From Octopus bimaculoides (lineage: Eukaryota), in NCBI RefSeq assembly GCF_001194135.2, contig NC_068982.1, positions 9,009,743 through 9,073,504 of the forward strand: a stretch of 63,762 bases of DNA. The letters are read 5' to 3'. Position 1 is the stretch's first letter; each line of letters begins with the position of its first letter. Position numbers and translations under genes: made by a program. The notes under the pieces are model-generated. The model was not told the origin of the DNA. It did not search any database and saw only the letters and a list, made by a program, of their open reading frames with translations. Positions 13,919-26,710 of the stretch are shown in pieces.

Positions 13919-13974
13919 TATATATATACAAATATATGTATGTACGTATCAATATGTGTGTGTGTGTATATAAG

Positions 13975-14120
13975 TGGACGGAGGCGTGGGTGCTTGGTTA
14001 AAAAGCTCGCTATGCTATCCTGTGGTTTCGGAGTTAATTCATCTCCGCGGCTACCGTCTTCTTCTATAGCCAATACTTTGTAGATGAATTTGGCAGGTCA
14101 AAACTGTGCAGAAGCCCTCC
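13975..14120 (+). mobile_element. SINE family A-like 5' part, diverged
   Basis: Head GGAGGCGTGG...GGTTAAAAAGCTCGCT through GAAGCCC is collinear with the family A head. Confidence 0.55.
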
Positions 14121-14499
14121 ATAAATATATATGTATGTGTTTATGTGTGTGTGTACTTGGGAAGAGAATTAGAGATGCTCACGTAAGATGGAGAGAAATG
14201 CTATAGCGGTGGCTGCAAGTGTCGAAACAATGAACAAATCAGGCAAAAAAGAGTGGAAAGGGCGGGTCTGGTAAAAATAAAAGTTACACACATGATCAGA
14301 AGTCCTGAGAGTCGAGAGATGGTGATGTAGTAATAGATTGTAAAAGACGAAAATTAGTGGGCTTAACATAGCGAAGCTTGGTAGAACAGCACGATGGTGG
14401 AAATAGACAAAATGATGGAAAAGGAAAAGAGTGAAAAAAAAAAAAGGGGAGGAAAGAAATGTAGGATATATGAAGTTTTAGACGTGGAAGACTTTATGG

Positions 14500-14537
<38 letters not shown>

Positions 14538-14699
14538 TATGCCTGTTAGCGAGTTAGGTGTAATGCGCGAGTGTCCGGTGGTGGAGAACTGTGCAAGTGA
14601 GAATATATGTGTAGGCGAGTGTTTACATGTGAGAGAGAGAGTATAAGGGGAACGTGTGTAAACGTGTGTGTGTGTGTGCGTGAGTGTGTAAGAGGAGCG

Positions 14700-15010
14700 T
14701 GTGACAGTATACCTGTGCTTGTGTGTGCACCTTTAATGAAGCAGAAAGTTACGTGAAGGAGTGTTGGTTAGCATTTCTAGCAGGTTTAAATGACCACATG
14801 TAGAGTTTTTTCAATAGATTCTCTAATGTATTTGAAAGAATAGTTGGGAAGGTCTAGTAAGGAGTGAGTGGTGGAATGTGAGTGGTGTGAACTGATGATG
14901 TACATGGGCAGCTAGTTGTTGTGGAGGTTGAAGTGGAGATGTGTTTTTGTAAGCTCCATTCTGAATTATGCAGTACAAAATGTGTTTTATTTTCCGTTTT
15001 TCCATAAACT
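14700..15010 (-). mobile_element. Possible Penelope-like linker fragment
   Basis: Minus frame FTPLTFHHSLL resembles FPLTYHCTILP in the 3.5-6.1 kb PLE. Weak. Confidence 0.3.
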
Positions 15011-16686
15011 TCATGTGTAGAAATTTTCCTTCATGAATTTATCAAAAGCTTTTAGAGGAGAAAATGTATTTACAAACACTATTTCAATAGAAAAGTTGAT
15101 GCAAAAAATATTGATTTCGAAATTTGGCACAACATCGCAAATTTTGAAAAATCGTCGGTTGTTAACTTAATAGTCAGTTATTAACTTAAAAACATGCATG
15201 TAGTCAAAAGTGAGAACACTCTACAGCTAAGATATATCATTCAAATGCATACATATACATATATATAATATCTATCCATCTATCTATATATAATATTATG
15301 AGTGCCATAGAAATAGTACAGATGGAAGCAAGCCATGGATATATACAGACATTGCTTTGGTGCATATTTAGTTTTAGATACTGCAACATTGTATAATTTA
15401 TTAGAGTTAGTTTCGTTGTGAAGGCGGGTGATATTTTTAGTAGAAACAATTGAACTTGTTTTATATCCATCCACCAATATTTGACTTCCGCTAAGTCGGA
15501 GAAAGAAAACTTGTGGTATGTTTGTGAATTCAGATACTGTCAATGTTAACTTTACCATTCATACTTGCCGGAATTATATTTAATCAATTATATCCATTCT
15601 CAAAACACCTACTCCTCTCCTATTATTAGAAATACATATGACATCGCTGTTTCTTCTGATCTGGTCAGATTTTACGATATTTATTTATATCTAATTGTAA
15701 CTACTTCGATCAAAACTAAATGTTTAGGGTTACTGCAACGGGTACAACACAATACCAGTTACATATTAGGGAATTGCAGTGGGATTCAATTAGTTTTATT
15801 CCTTTGTGAATTCTTTATTTCTTTATCTATATCCATCATTTCTTAAAAGTAATGCTAAATAATTATACGACGGTTCTTTTCACTACACTGCCCATAACAG
15901 TATTTTTATGAAGGTAAAACAGGCAATAACGTTTCCGAAGGTCCCACAAATATGCTTTGAAAAGCAGTTGAGGTTCGGTTTTTTTTAAGCAGACGACCTG
16001 ACCCAAGGTAGGGCGGACTATGCTACGGACACCCAGGGACCGCGTAACGTTATTAAACAATGGTTACGATTTACTTCCGAGAAAACAAAGAATGAAACTT
16101 AGTCGAGATTTATCCACATGTTTAACCTTATATAAATTTGTTCAGTTTGTGTTCATTAGATATACTGTGCTAGAAAAAAATTGATCTTCTTCAGGCTTGA
16201 AGTGTGATACTGTCTTGTGTCAGAAGTATAACAAAAATCAATGCACATAATAACGGGCAAAAACAATGTATTTATTTATTGATTACATTTGACTTTATAC
16301 AAGGTCAAATTTTCTGAGGGAGTATAAAGAACTCAGATAAATTCCAGTATATTATGGGTAATTATTTCATTGAACTTGTTACAATGCTCATTCGGGACAA
16401 TGCTCCTCTTCTGCCTCTATGCCTTGATAATCAGTAGCTTAAATTAGTCTTTTTAAATGGTTCATTCAATGCAAAAATATATCGGTGTATATAAACCTTT
16501 TATCAAATCTAGGAGTTCCTACATTTTCAAATACAAAGTGAACTTATCAAAGTGGATCAATTCATCATATTTCTCTGCGTTTTCTCATTCACACTTTAAA
16601 ACGCAGGAACCAGATAAACAATAAGATCGTTCGCGTGTATCTAATGGGAAATTTTATGAATGTGGATCATAGAATTTACACGTATA

Positions 16687-16746
<60 letters not shown>

Positions 16747-16877
16747 GTGTAGGTCTCTGTGTGTGAAGGTATGTGTGTATATATATATGTTTGTATGTAT
16801 ATGTGCATATACATGCGTGTAGGTGTGTATGTAGGTATGCTTGTATATATGTATGTATATGTGCATATAAATGCGTG

Positions 16878-16921
<44 letters not shown>

Positions 16922-17249
16922 CTTATGGGCATCTTATCAAATTCCTTTGCTTATGGCTTCAGGGGCAATATGTGTGAAGACGCTCAGACTATACTTATTA
17001 ACAGAGAGTAGTTAAAACTTACCACTGGTTCATGACTATAATGTGTAAATGGTGGGAGGGGGCGTACGAGTATGTGGGTGTACATACGTTATGCAAACAA
17101 GTTGGTAAAGTCATTAGAGTGACTGACAGATTTGTACCATTTGTTTCCAGTCATGGCACTCTGATTTCTAATTTCAGTGAGATGAATTTTGTTCTTTCAA
17201 GTTCCATATATGGAATACGAGACCAGAGTGGCAGACGATATTTTGGATC

Positions 17250-18040
17250 TAACTTTGGTAGGTTTCGGCCAGTGTAGGTCCAGGCCATGCCTAACTTAAT
17301 AGCATCACCTGGTGAAGTCTTTTAGTCATATATGGGACACTATGGCCTACTCTAGCAAAGAGTTATTATTATTGGAGACACATCCGGGTGTAGGAGGTTG
17401 ATCCGGGATCTTTTGAAGAAATTTGTCCAGAAAACTTTTGAGTTTATGGGATCCATTTCCGTTTTGACGTATTTTGATATGGTATTAAAGAGAGTTGGAC
17501 CGGTTGAGGTAAAGTAATTGTGACTCAATGCTGCTCTGTGTACCGAGTTCGATTTTTGTAGTGGGTGGATAGCACGGGGTGGGGGGAACAAGTCTTGGAT
17601 GGATTTCAAAATTTATGCCAGCATCATCTGTGCAATATTGATGGAATATTTTCCACATCACACAATCGATGTAGCGCTCCCGGCGGCGTTGGAGAGAGTA
17701 GAGATTGAGTTTGTTTTAGTCGACCCCAATAATCAATGCCTCTCATGCCATCTGCCTTTCTTGTTATTGACCTCTGGAATGCTTCCACGTTCATAATGAG
17801 TTGCTTCGTATGGGGAGACCACAGCGGGAAACAGTATTCAAGGTGGGGTCGGACAAAAGTAGAGTAAAAAAGGAGGACGGTGTAGGCATCTCTAGACCGA
17901 AAAGTTCTCAGAATCCAGGAGCACATCTTGTATGCTGTTTACGTGGGAACTCCAGCTTAGATTGTTATCAGCAATTACTCCAAGGTCTCTGTCGTTGTTG
18001 GATGACACTAGGGAGTGCCTTTTGCATACTTAATGCAATT
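17250..18040 (-). mobile_element. 5'-truncated CR1/L2-like LINE 3' end
   Basis: RDLGVIADNNLSWSSHV, ILRTFRSRD...FVRPHLEYCFPLWSPH...EAFQRSITRK, HNYFTSTGPTLFN. Frameshifted. Confidence 0.8.
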
Positions 18041-18236
18041 ATAGGGATACATTCGTGACAAACTGTCTCGATTTTGCTTTTGTGAGTACGACACTGGAAC
18101 CACAACGTCAGGAAATAAGAATGCGTGGGAAACAACAATTTTTTCCAAAAGAAGAGTCATTGCAAACCTACATCTTAAACAGGAGCTTTGTATAACAAAC
18201 AGAACTAGAACAAACAAATAATTCCATTGATGTTTT

Positions 18237-18322
18237 CCATCTCTTACTTGTTTCAGTCATTGGACTGCGGCCATGTTTGGGCACGGCCTTGAAGTGTTTA
18301 GTGTAACAAATCGACCCCAGCA
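18237..18322 (-). mobile_element. SINE family A, 3' tail only
   Basis: Revcomp reads GGGGTCGATTTG...CATGGCCGCAGTCCAATGACTGAAACAAG. Confidence 0.8.
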
Positions 18323-18323
18323 A

Positions 18324-19389
18324 TTATTATTATTATTTTCGCTTGGCTCAGGTTCGGTCTTATTCCTGGTAGGAATTATGTGGATCGTGGATTATTATCT
18401 GCAACCTTATCTACTCACTCGATTTCAGCAGTATTTCAAGTGCTTAGAACTCTCCTGATAATCCTTGCTGTCCCTAAGAGACAAACTTTCTATCGGAGCT
18501 CTACCGGGCATTCTATTTCAATCTTCTTCAGCCATTTGTTTATGTCTTGGCTTACTTTTTCCAACAATAATCATTCATGTTCTTTTTTTATTCACCACAA
18601 TAATGTCCGATTTCTTATTTCTGGTCAGCTGATCGTACTGGATCATTACATCCCACAGGATTTTGTAATTATGATTTTAGGTGACTCTTTCTGGGGTTTG
18701 CTTATACCACGTCTTTTGCTCATTGTAGACCGTGATTTCCACAGAGCTCCCAATAGATCATTCTTGCCACATTGTCATGGCGTCGTTGTATACGCATTCT
18801 GCAAATTTCGGGCATTCTAATGATGTGCCATACCGTTTCACCCCTCTTACTGCACATTCTGCATTTGTCGCTATCGGTAGTGTTGTCAATTGTGCACTTC
18901 ATATAATTGGTCCTTAACGCTTTTTTCTGAGCTGTACATATGAGTGCCTCTGTCTATATATTCAGGTCACTCCTCCTCATCCATAGCCACCGGTCCTCTG
19001 TATCTGTCCTGGCATTCACACCTCTTGCAAACTGACTGTACATTTTTACCTTCCATGTTTTGTCTTTTTTTTTTTGTTCATTCCTTGTTTAAATTTTTCT
19101 TTAGTAACGTAATTTTCAGCTTTGATGACGCCGGCCTTCTTTGTGTGTTTCAACAGTGGCTCCATGGCATTTTTTTCTTATACCACCCAAGGCTGTTTTC
19201 CTCTGCTTCAATACAGTCTAGGTAACTATTGAAACCTCTCCTACCCTTTCTTCTGAACAAGTACGGCTTACCGGTGTCACTCTTAGGGCAGAAGGCTCCG
19301 TCTACTGTCAACATTTCTCTGGTCTTGGTATCCATTTTCTTCATATCTTTCTTTTGCCATTATTATTATCATTATCATTATTATTATTA
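18324..19389 (-). mobile_element. 5'-truncated R4/Dong LINE 3' end, bounded by (TAA)n on both sides
   Basis: DTKTREMLT...PKSD, CRMCSKRGETVWHI...RRHDNVARMIYWELC, and terminal VCLLGTARIIRRVLST*. TTA runs at 18324-18337 and 19359-19389. Confidence 0.85.
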
Positions 19390-20346
19390 GAATTGTCAGA
19401 TAAATGAACCTCAGAATTATATAAAGAAAAAAAACACAGAAAATGATATTAAAGTACAACAGTTTTAAACAAATTTAACAGAAGAAGGCGGTTGTGCAAT
19501 TATTTACAAATAGCTGAAATACGAAATCATGAACGATTGAATAATTGTATAAAAGAATAGATAATCTTAATGAAACGGAATAAAAATAAGAAATACAACA
19601 ATATTTTTCTTTTGAAGTAAGTTAATTTTACATAACAGCGTCGTTGAGTTTAGTTATATCTACATCTAAAGACGATAAAGATTGGTTTTATTTTATTACG
19701 CAAATTAAAATCAAATATAGTTATTTTCTTTCAGACTAGTTAAAGTTATAATTAATGTTCTGTGTATTTGCTTCTTTGGTGAGACAATAGAATCGTGTAT
19801 TTTCAGTAATGTTTGAACTTAACAAACTCCGAAACACAGATAAACGATTAGGTATTTATAAATTTAGACGTTAGTAAAGTTGTAATTATATTTATGTAAA
19901 TTATGTATAATGTAAAAAACGAATCAAATACTTGAAAGATTCATAGTTCGAATTCACGCAAAATACTTATGAACCGCTCGGGAGAAAGTACTCAAAAATG
20001 TTTAGCTAATAGAGTAAACCGAAATCACTGTAGAGTACACAGACCGAAGAATTTGCAAGGTATTTTAAAATGCAAAATTATATATTCATATATGTTTTGT
20101 AATTTTAACTTTGTGACACAAAACTTTTGTAGGGTGAATATCTTAATTAATAAATTTGTGTCCATTAGATCTGTTTTCAAACTTAATAACATTTGATATT
20201 TTACGATATTTTATATAATATATTTATTGAAGAAATATCTCTTCAAATTACAATATATTAAACAAGTGTATCTTGGATAAAAATATCCCTGTAAGAGGTG
20301 TAAATATCCTCATTGTGACCATATATTATATTATATTATATTATAT

Positions 20347-20350
<4 letters not shown>

Positions 20351-20413
<63 letters not shown>

Positions 20414-20548
20414 CAAGAAGAAAATTGAGGGAATTCAGAGGTAGTATTCATCAGCTGTTAGACATTATATTAAATCCATTTATTTAAAACAGCTCTCACA
20501 ATATATATACATTGTGTAAAGTACTAGAAATTACTAGTACTTTACACA

Positions 20549-20597
<49 letters not shown>

Positions 20598-20760
20598 CAA
20601 GAAGAAAATTGAGGGAATTCAGAGGTAGTATTCATCAGCTGTTAGGCATTATATTAAATCCATTAAATTAAAACAGCTCTCACAATATATATTCATTGTG
20701 TAAAGTACTAGAAATTACTAGTACTTGACACACACACACGTGCGTGCGTGCGTGCGTGCG
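20351..20760. repeat. Two-unit tandem duplication (period 184 bp) with a (TG)n tract and a 15-bp hairpin per unit
   Basis: Unique parts start at 20412 and 20596 and differ at a few positions. Stem TGTGTAAAGTACTAG / CTAGTACTTTACACA at 20513-20548. Confidence 0.9.
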
Positions 20761-21543
20761 TGTTATCAGAACGGTTCAAAATAAATAAATAGGCATAGTA
20801 TAGTGTCTGGCAGCTGATGATTACTACCTATGGATTCCCTCCATTTTAGTATTGCCATATAAATTAAGGGTCAAACCACCTGTTGCCCTCGCCCAGCTAT
20901 TACACCCAGTTGTGTAACTGCCACGCAATAACCAACACTTGTGCATTGATTAGGTATTCTACCAGAAGTATATTGGATAGATACTATGCCTTAGTTGGTT
21001 GGATTCACTATCTATAACTCTCTTTGGATTATATATATATTAGCCTTGACACGCGCAGGTTGCCCACACACATTTGCCCTTCGCAGTTTGCTTGTCCTGC
21101 ATTGTGTGACAGCTGTGGATCACATCATTCTTCTCTGTCACGTCTGCTTGACCACTACTAACTCTTTAGCTTATCAACCAAATCCACTCTCATATACGAC
21201 TATTTACTCTTCTCGCAAATGAGACATTGTGTATTTCCATTACTATTTTATGTTTACATCCTGTACGTTACATCAGGATAATCATCTGTTCGTTATGTCA
21301 TCTGTGTATTTTATTAGCGTCTGCATCACAGCTTATTTTTGCTCCTTCCTACATTTTCCCAGTTTTTAATATCCTTTGAATACTTTACCAATATTAAGTA
21401 ATTTTTACCAATTTCTTCGATCTTTCATCTGTTCACAGATGTTGCATATGCTACTACCTTTTCACTCACTTCAGTGTGACGTCACTCATTCTTAAATAAA
21501 CATCGTCACATCTCTACGCATTTTTGCTTTACACCTGTATATA

Positions 21544-22124
21544 CTGGTTGCAGCAGAAGTAACGCCCCCTTTTATTTGTTTTTATAGTTTTCTACTTTGT
21601 AGATTTCTACTTTTTTATTAATTTCCTTTGATATAATTTTCTATGTATTTTATAATGCATCGTTTCTTTCTCTTTATTTCATCTACTGCAGTTTAAGCGT
21701 TGGGGAATGGTTAAATCTTAATTTTGAGCGGTGGTGGATAGAACAATGTGAAGCAACTGAGTTGCCATTACGATCACCAACTCTAGCACCACCTGACTTT
21801 TTCTTGTGGAGTGTACTGAAAGATGATGTTTACAAGCTTAAACCGAAAACACTTCCTGAATTAAAACAAGCAATTTCTGATAATTTTTAAAAAAAAACAT
21901 TAACATAGAAATGTGTCAAATGGTTTGTAGAACTGTTACTGATAGGGTTCGGCATTGTATTGAATACAAAAGGGAGCATTTTGAAGGTATTAGTTTGTTA
22001 ATCATAAAAAGATCCATGTTGTTTTGATGAGACAATACTTATAAATTTTGCTAAACTTCTGTAATTTATTTTTGCTCAATAAAAGTTAATAAATAAAAAA
22101 GGACGTTACTTTTGCCGCATCCTG
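21544..22124 (+). mobile_element. Internally deleted Tc1/mariner element with TA TSD
   Basis: TIRs CTGGTTGCAGCAGAAGTAACG and (revcomp) CAGGATGCGGCAAAAGTAACG, TA on both flanks. Internal RSPTLAPPDFFLWSVLKDDVYKLKPKTLPELKQAI. Confidence 0.85.
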
Positions 22125-22379
22125 TACTTCTATAATAGTTTCCACACACCTCTTCCTATCCTATTTGCTTCACCAATTTCTTTATTCCGGACACTCAATC
22201 TTGCTCTAACCTCTGCGCACACACACTTTCAAAACACCCACTTAACGATTGCAAATACACCAACTGCACTATTTCCCAATGTAATATGACGCCGTTCCTA
22301 AAACCATGTACGATGCGATCCGAAAAAATGACTATCCCAGGAGAATTATCCTGTTATTAAATCATGCATAAGCATCAAC

Positions 22380-22700
22380 ACAGAGAATAGTGGTGAAATA
22401 TTTCTTTCAAATCTTTTACTAGATGCAAGCAAAACAGGCCGGACAATTGTTTATGATAAACAAGAATGGGAATATAATATTATAGAGACCAAATACATTG
22501 CTGATGAGAATATCTCTTCGAAAATCAACTGTTTCGGACAACTACTTCTAAACTTTCAAGTTCTGTACCATGATAACGGTTTCACATAGAAGCCAAGAAT
22601 AGTTGGTGTATTTAGTTTTGTTGATAATGCCCATGTGACAATCTGGAAAAGCATTGTGTATTTTCAAAGAAAAAAAAAACAGCTAGTTAATCTGCACGGT
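22380..22700 (+). mobile_element. R4/Dong-like restriction-like endonuclease fragment (different subfamily)
   Basis: ADENISSK...GQLLLNFQVLY...IVGVFSFV resembles the Dong-type C-terminus PADVNI...LLRNLQ.LY...IIGALG.V. Confidence 0.5.
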
Positions 22701-23369
22701 AAAAATACAATCTGTAAGCAAGACAGATAAACAGGCATTGCTTTTATTATTTACATTCTAATGATGAAGATTTGCCTCTTTGTTAGAAAACAGCTCCTTA
22801 TTTACAGGAAGTCTTCAAATAATTAAAACTTGGAAAGAACAAACATACATATAAACTTTTGCACACACACGTACATACATACATACATAATGTGTGTGTG
22901 TAAGTACAAATATATATTTATCGCTACGAGTCAATAAATATTGTTTTTATGGCCCAGTTTCAGATGGAATGGAACAAACATCCACTCCTTGCTATTTTCC
23001 GTATCAAATTGAGGCCAATATTTAATATCTATACAACTGTAAAAACCAATATTTTGTTATTTAAGAACACAAAACTGCTACAATTGCTTCCGTTGTTCTC
23101 TAATAGGATGGCCTACGAATCAGCACAGTGTGATAGAACGGATAAGAAATGTTTCCAACTAAGCATTTCTTTCTCTTTTATTGCTCGATCTCAGATGCAG
23201 TCGATATTGAGCCAAGTATAAAAACATATGCAAACAGTAACTCACATTTATACACTCACACATACACACAAATGCTCTCACGTTTGAGCATATATTCGTA
23301 CAACTTAGCTATTGTGTGCAAGCGCGTGTATGAGTTTTGGTAGAACCTCCATTATTGATAGGAACAAAG

Positions 23370-23710
23370 TAATTTGTGATGATAATGGTTATGGTGCTAG
23401 TAAGTGGTGTTGGCCAGGAGTATAATAATGTTGATAATAATGACGAAGAGGATAGTTATGATGCTACGGAAAATTGATGGTGCTATCTATTAAGGAATAT
23501 GCGGAATGAAGAGAGTGGTGGTAATATTGAACATGTTCCGACTGTCATGACAGTGGGGATTATGATGATAGTAACAGTGTTGGCAATGATAATGGTGATA
23601 TTGATGATAATGGAAGGTGATTGTCCTGATGATGGTCGTGGTAGTGATGGCGCTCGTAATGGTGATAGTTATAGTGACGTCAATGATGAGCGATTCTGAT
23701 GTGGTCGTTA
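23370..23710. repeat. Degenerate (GAT/GGT/AAT)n low-complexity tract
   Basis: Directly visible trinucleotide mosaic, which accounts for the Thr/Ile/His-rich spurious ORFs. Confidence 0.8.
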
Positions 23711-23929
23711 GAGAGAAGATAAACATCGAGTGATTAGTTTGTAACCAGAGACTCGGCAGTTGAATATATTTAACTGACCATTACTGGCCACCCATATATG
23801 CGTGAGTGTGAGTGTGTGTGTTTGTATGTTTATATATATATTTATATGCATGTGTGTGTGTGTGTGTGTAGAAAATAAGCATTTTATATTGATATAAAAA
23901 ACACTCGCAAGCATACCCCAACCTCAAGC

Positions 23930-24100
23930 AAGTAGGTATGCTATCGGGCCCCTAAAAGCTACTGCAATTATAATGGCCTCCGCTCCTCATACCTGGATGG
24001 AATCTTGCAGCCTCCACTCCGGTATTACCAACCCACTGAAATCACAATTCCCAATCCTTTCATCTCAAAACGTGTGCCCTCTAGCTAGTAAGTGTTGATT
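23930..24100 (+). mobile_element. Short Penelope-like RT fragment
   Basis: SSYLDGILQP resembles PLE RT ISxYLDxILQPL. Confidence 0.4.
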
Positions 24101-24999
24101 TACAAAGGTTCAAAACTAAAAATGATGGAATTAGTATCACCCGTCGAAGGAGAACTGCAAATATCACTGGAGATTGCAACTTCCTTTCAATCGGGATATA
24201 TAAACACACACAAACACACGCTCGCCCCCACCTCACGCACACATAAATACATATATTTAACTAAATACATTAACATTTTTGAACAAAAATAAAATTCTAC
24301 ATTCTATTCCAGAAATATTTACTACTTTCGGCTCATTAATAGTTTCATGATTACACGTGTGCAGGAATCATGTTTCTTGATGAAAAATAATTTCGCTCCG
24401 ATAATCCTATGCAGATAAGGACTCTTAGTTTAAACACTTACGAATGAAAGATCATGTTTAAATGGCGAAAAAAAAAACAAAACAAACAAAATACAAAATA
24501 GAAAATTCAAGAAGGAACGCTCAGGGAAATGGATAGAGTTAATATTTGGAACATTATTCTTCTTCTTATTGTAGGGAAAGAGAGGAAGAAGATGAGAAGA
24601 AACGAGAAAAAAAATATATGTTTAAAAGAAATATACAATCGCGTCGAGAATAAATTCATGTGGAGTTGGTCTATGTTGGATTTTGACTGGCCGGAAATTG
24701 AACAGCAATATAACTAAGGCGTTTAAGACAGCAGTTGGAATACAAGACCAAGTGTGTTTTTTTTAAATTCATTTGTGCATGTATCTGCGTATTTTGTTTG
24801 CGTGTGTGCATTTGTGCGGGAGGTCAGGAGAAGTATTCACTGTGTGAGAAACATCTGGAAGGTGGTCTCAATGCTTTCGGGGTATTTCTATGCCATATAT
24901 TTACGTGTATTTGCATGTGTTTGCGAATGCCGCGTTTAAGTCCGACTATGGTCATTCAAATGTGACAGTCATGTAGTAGTAACGTGACTTCGTGTAATT

Positions 25000-26450
25000 G
25001 TGTATTTGATGACAATGTTCCTGAGCATGTGGCGAATGGTTGATAACGTGTGCACACGTGTGCGCCCGCGTGATCGTGTGTGTGTATGTGAGTTACGGAC
25101 TTTATGTTACGCAATGAAATGAATATTTGTAAATGTATGAAAGTCCAGTATACGTATGTATGCGTGCAAAGAGTGTGAATGTGGGCTGTGTTTGTATGTG
25201 TAGTAAAAGATGACACAGGAGGAAGGAATGGGCATTTGTGAATGAAAGCGATATGCCATGGAAGGGAAAAGTTGCTAAGCTCGAAGCTACTAGTAGCTGC
25301 ATAATTTGTGTAAGGCCAATCAAACTCGTTGAAAAAGCTTGTTGAGTGATCCGCAGAGCAGAAGCGGTGATGTTCCAAGAATCGGTCAGCGAATCGGCAA
25401 CCGAAATGCAACGCTTCAAAGTAAGATCATTTAAGGTGGACCCTTGTGAACCTGCAGGTGAGAAAATCAGAATCGTGAACAGTAGGGTAGTCGCATCTTG
25501 TGAGGGAATCATTTGATGCGACAATAGGCCCCACGAACAAGGGAAGGATCTAGAAACTGTAGGAAGGGGATTGGGTGGTGGATACGGATCAGTAAATTTA
25601 CAGTTTACGGTGTTCTTTGAATGAGCCGAAGTGTAAATTAGGGAATAGTTAGCGAGCGAATGCACGTAAGAACTTGTGGCGGAGTTAAGGAGGATGGGTG
25701 GGAAAAAAATGGAAGAATATGTACTTCGTAGTGAGATATCTGCTCTGTAGATGAGAAGGCAGCGGTGGAGAAGAATTGGCGAGCTCGGATTACAGTAGCT
25801 TGAATAAGGTAATGTGATATTCTCTTTGAATGTAGAGACGGACCATGTACAGATAATGCGAATGGGTTTCGAAGTCGCGGCTCGAGGATCGGCTTTGAGG
25901 AAATAATGGAGAGAGAATAAGTGATAGGCTTCTCGGTGTAATACAGATCCAGATAGGAGTAGTAACCGGTGTTTTATAGAAGGTCTTATGGTGTGAGTAA
26001 GGTTGGGAGACACAGCGATATCTGGAATGTTAAAAGATATTTCCGAGATGACAGAAGAAATGAATTCAAGTAAAGAATGAAAAGGGTTGACATTTGAGGT
26101 AAAAGCGTTCAGTTGTTTCCTGGGAAAGCGACAAAGCTGATTAATAATCTAAAAGCAACCGTATAGCCTCGGATTGAGGTCGGTAAGTTTTGAAAAGATT
26201 TAGCCTCAACTTAGCCAACCTCCCCAAAACTACGGTGCTTTTAGGGCACATCATTTTCTGGTAGTCCTCGCATTCGAAAAAGAATTACTTCAATTTGCGT
26301 ACGAATCCCACTGAGTGGTGGAGGCTGCACATACTCTGTAGGAGGTTGTTATAACTTAGTAAGGCATTTGAGGTTAGGAGAGAGTTGTGGTGGCCGCAAA
26401 GCGAGTTATTGTTTATGATGAAGAGAAAATGGTAGCGTGGTGTATGTATG
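25000..26450 (-). mobile_element. Decayed Penelope-like element (RT C-terminus and GIY-YIG)
   Basis: NVNPFHSLLEFISSVISEISFNIPDIAVS (cf. NSFHPALKFT...SFLDISVS), SSIFFPPILL, and GCRFADRFLEHHR (GIY-YIG). This explains the 303-aa ORF at 25102-26013. Confidence 0.7.
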
Positions 26451-26672
26451 TGTGTGTGTGAACGAGGGGCGGTCAGGATATAAAGAGAAACAATTTTGAA
26501 GGGTCTAAGAACATTTTAGTTGTTATAGATGTGAAAATGGGAAGAAAAATCTAAAGGATGAAACTGTAGATGTACGGATAATGATTTTAGATAAGCAGTT
26601 ATTTATCAATTATCTATCTATCAATCATATACACACACATATTTAAAGTATATGTATACCTATACATGCATT

Positions 26673-26710
<38 letters not shown>

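Noticed and set aside
22501-22545. CTGATGA-GAATATCTCTTC-GAAA, a perfect-looking hammerhead core
   Set aside because: Stems I and III barely pair, and it lies inside the Dong-like endonuclease coding remnant (ADENISSK), so it is probably chance.
25102-26013. 303-aa ORF as a host gene
   Set aside because: It drifts between frames of a decayed Penelope-like element, with RT and GIY-YIG motifs scattered over different frames.
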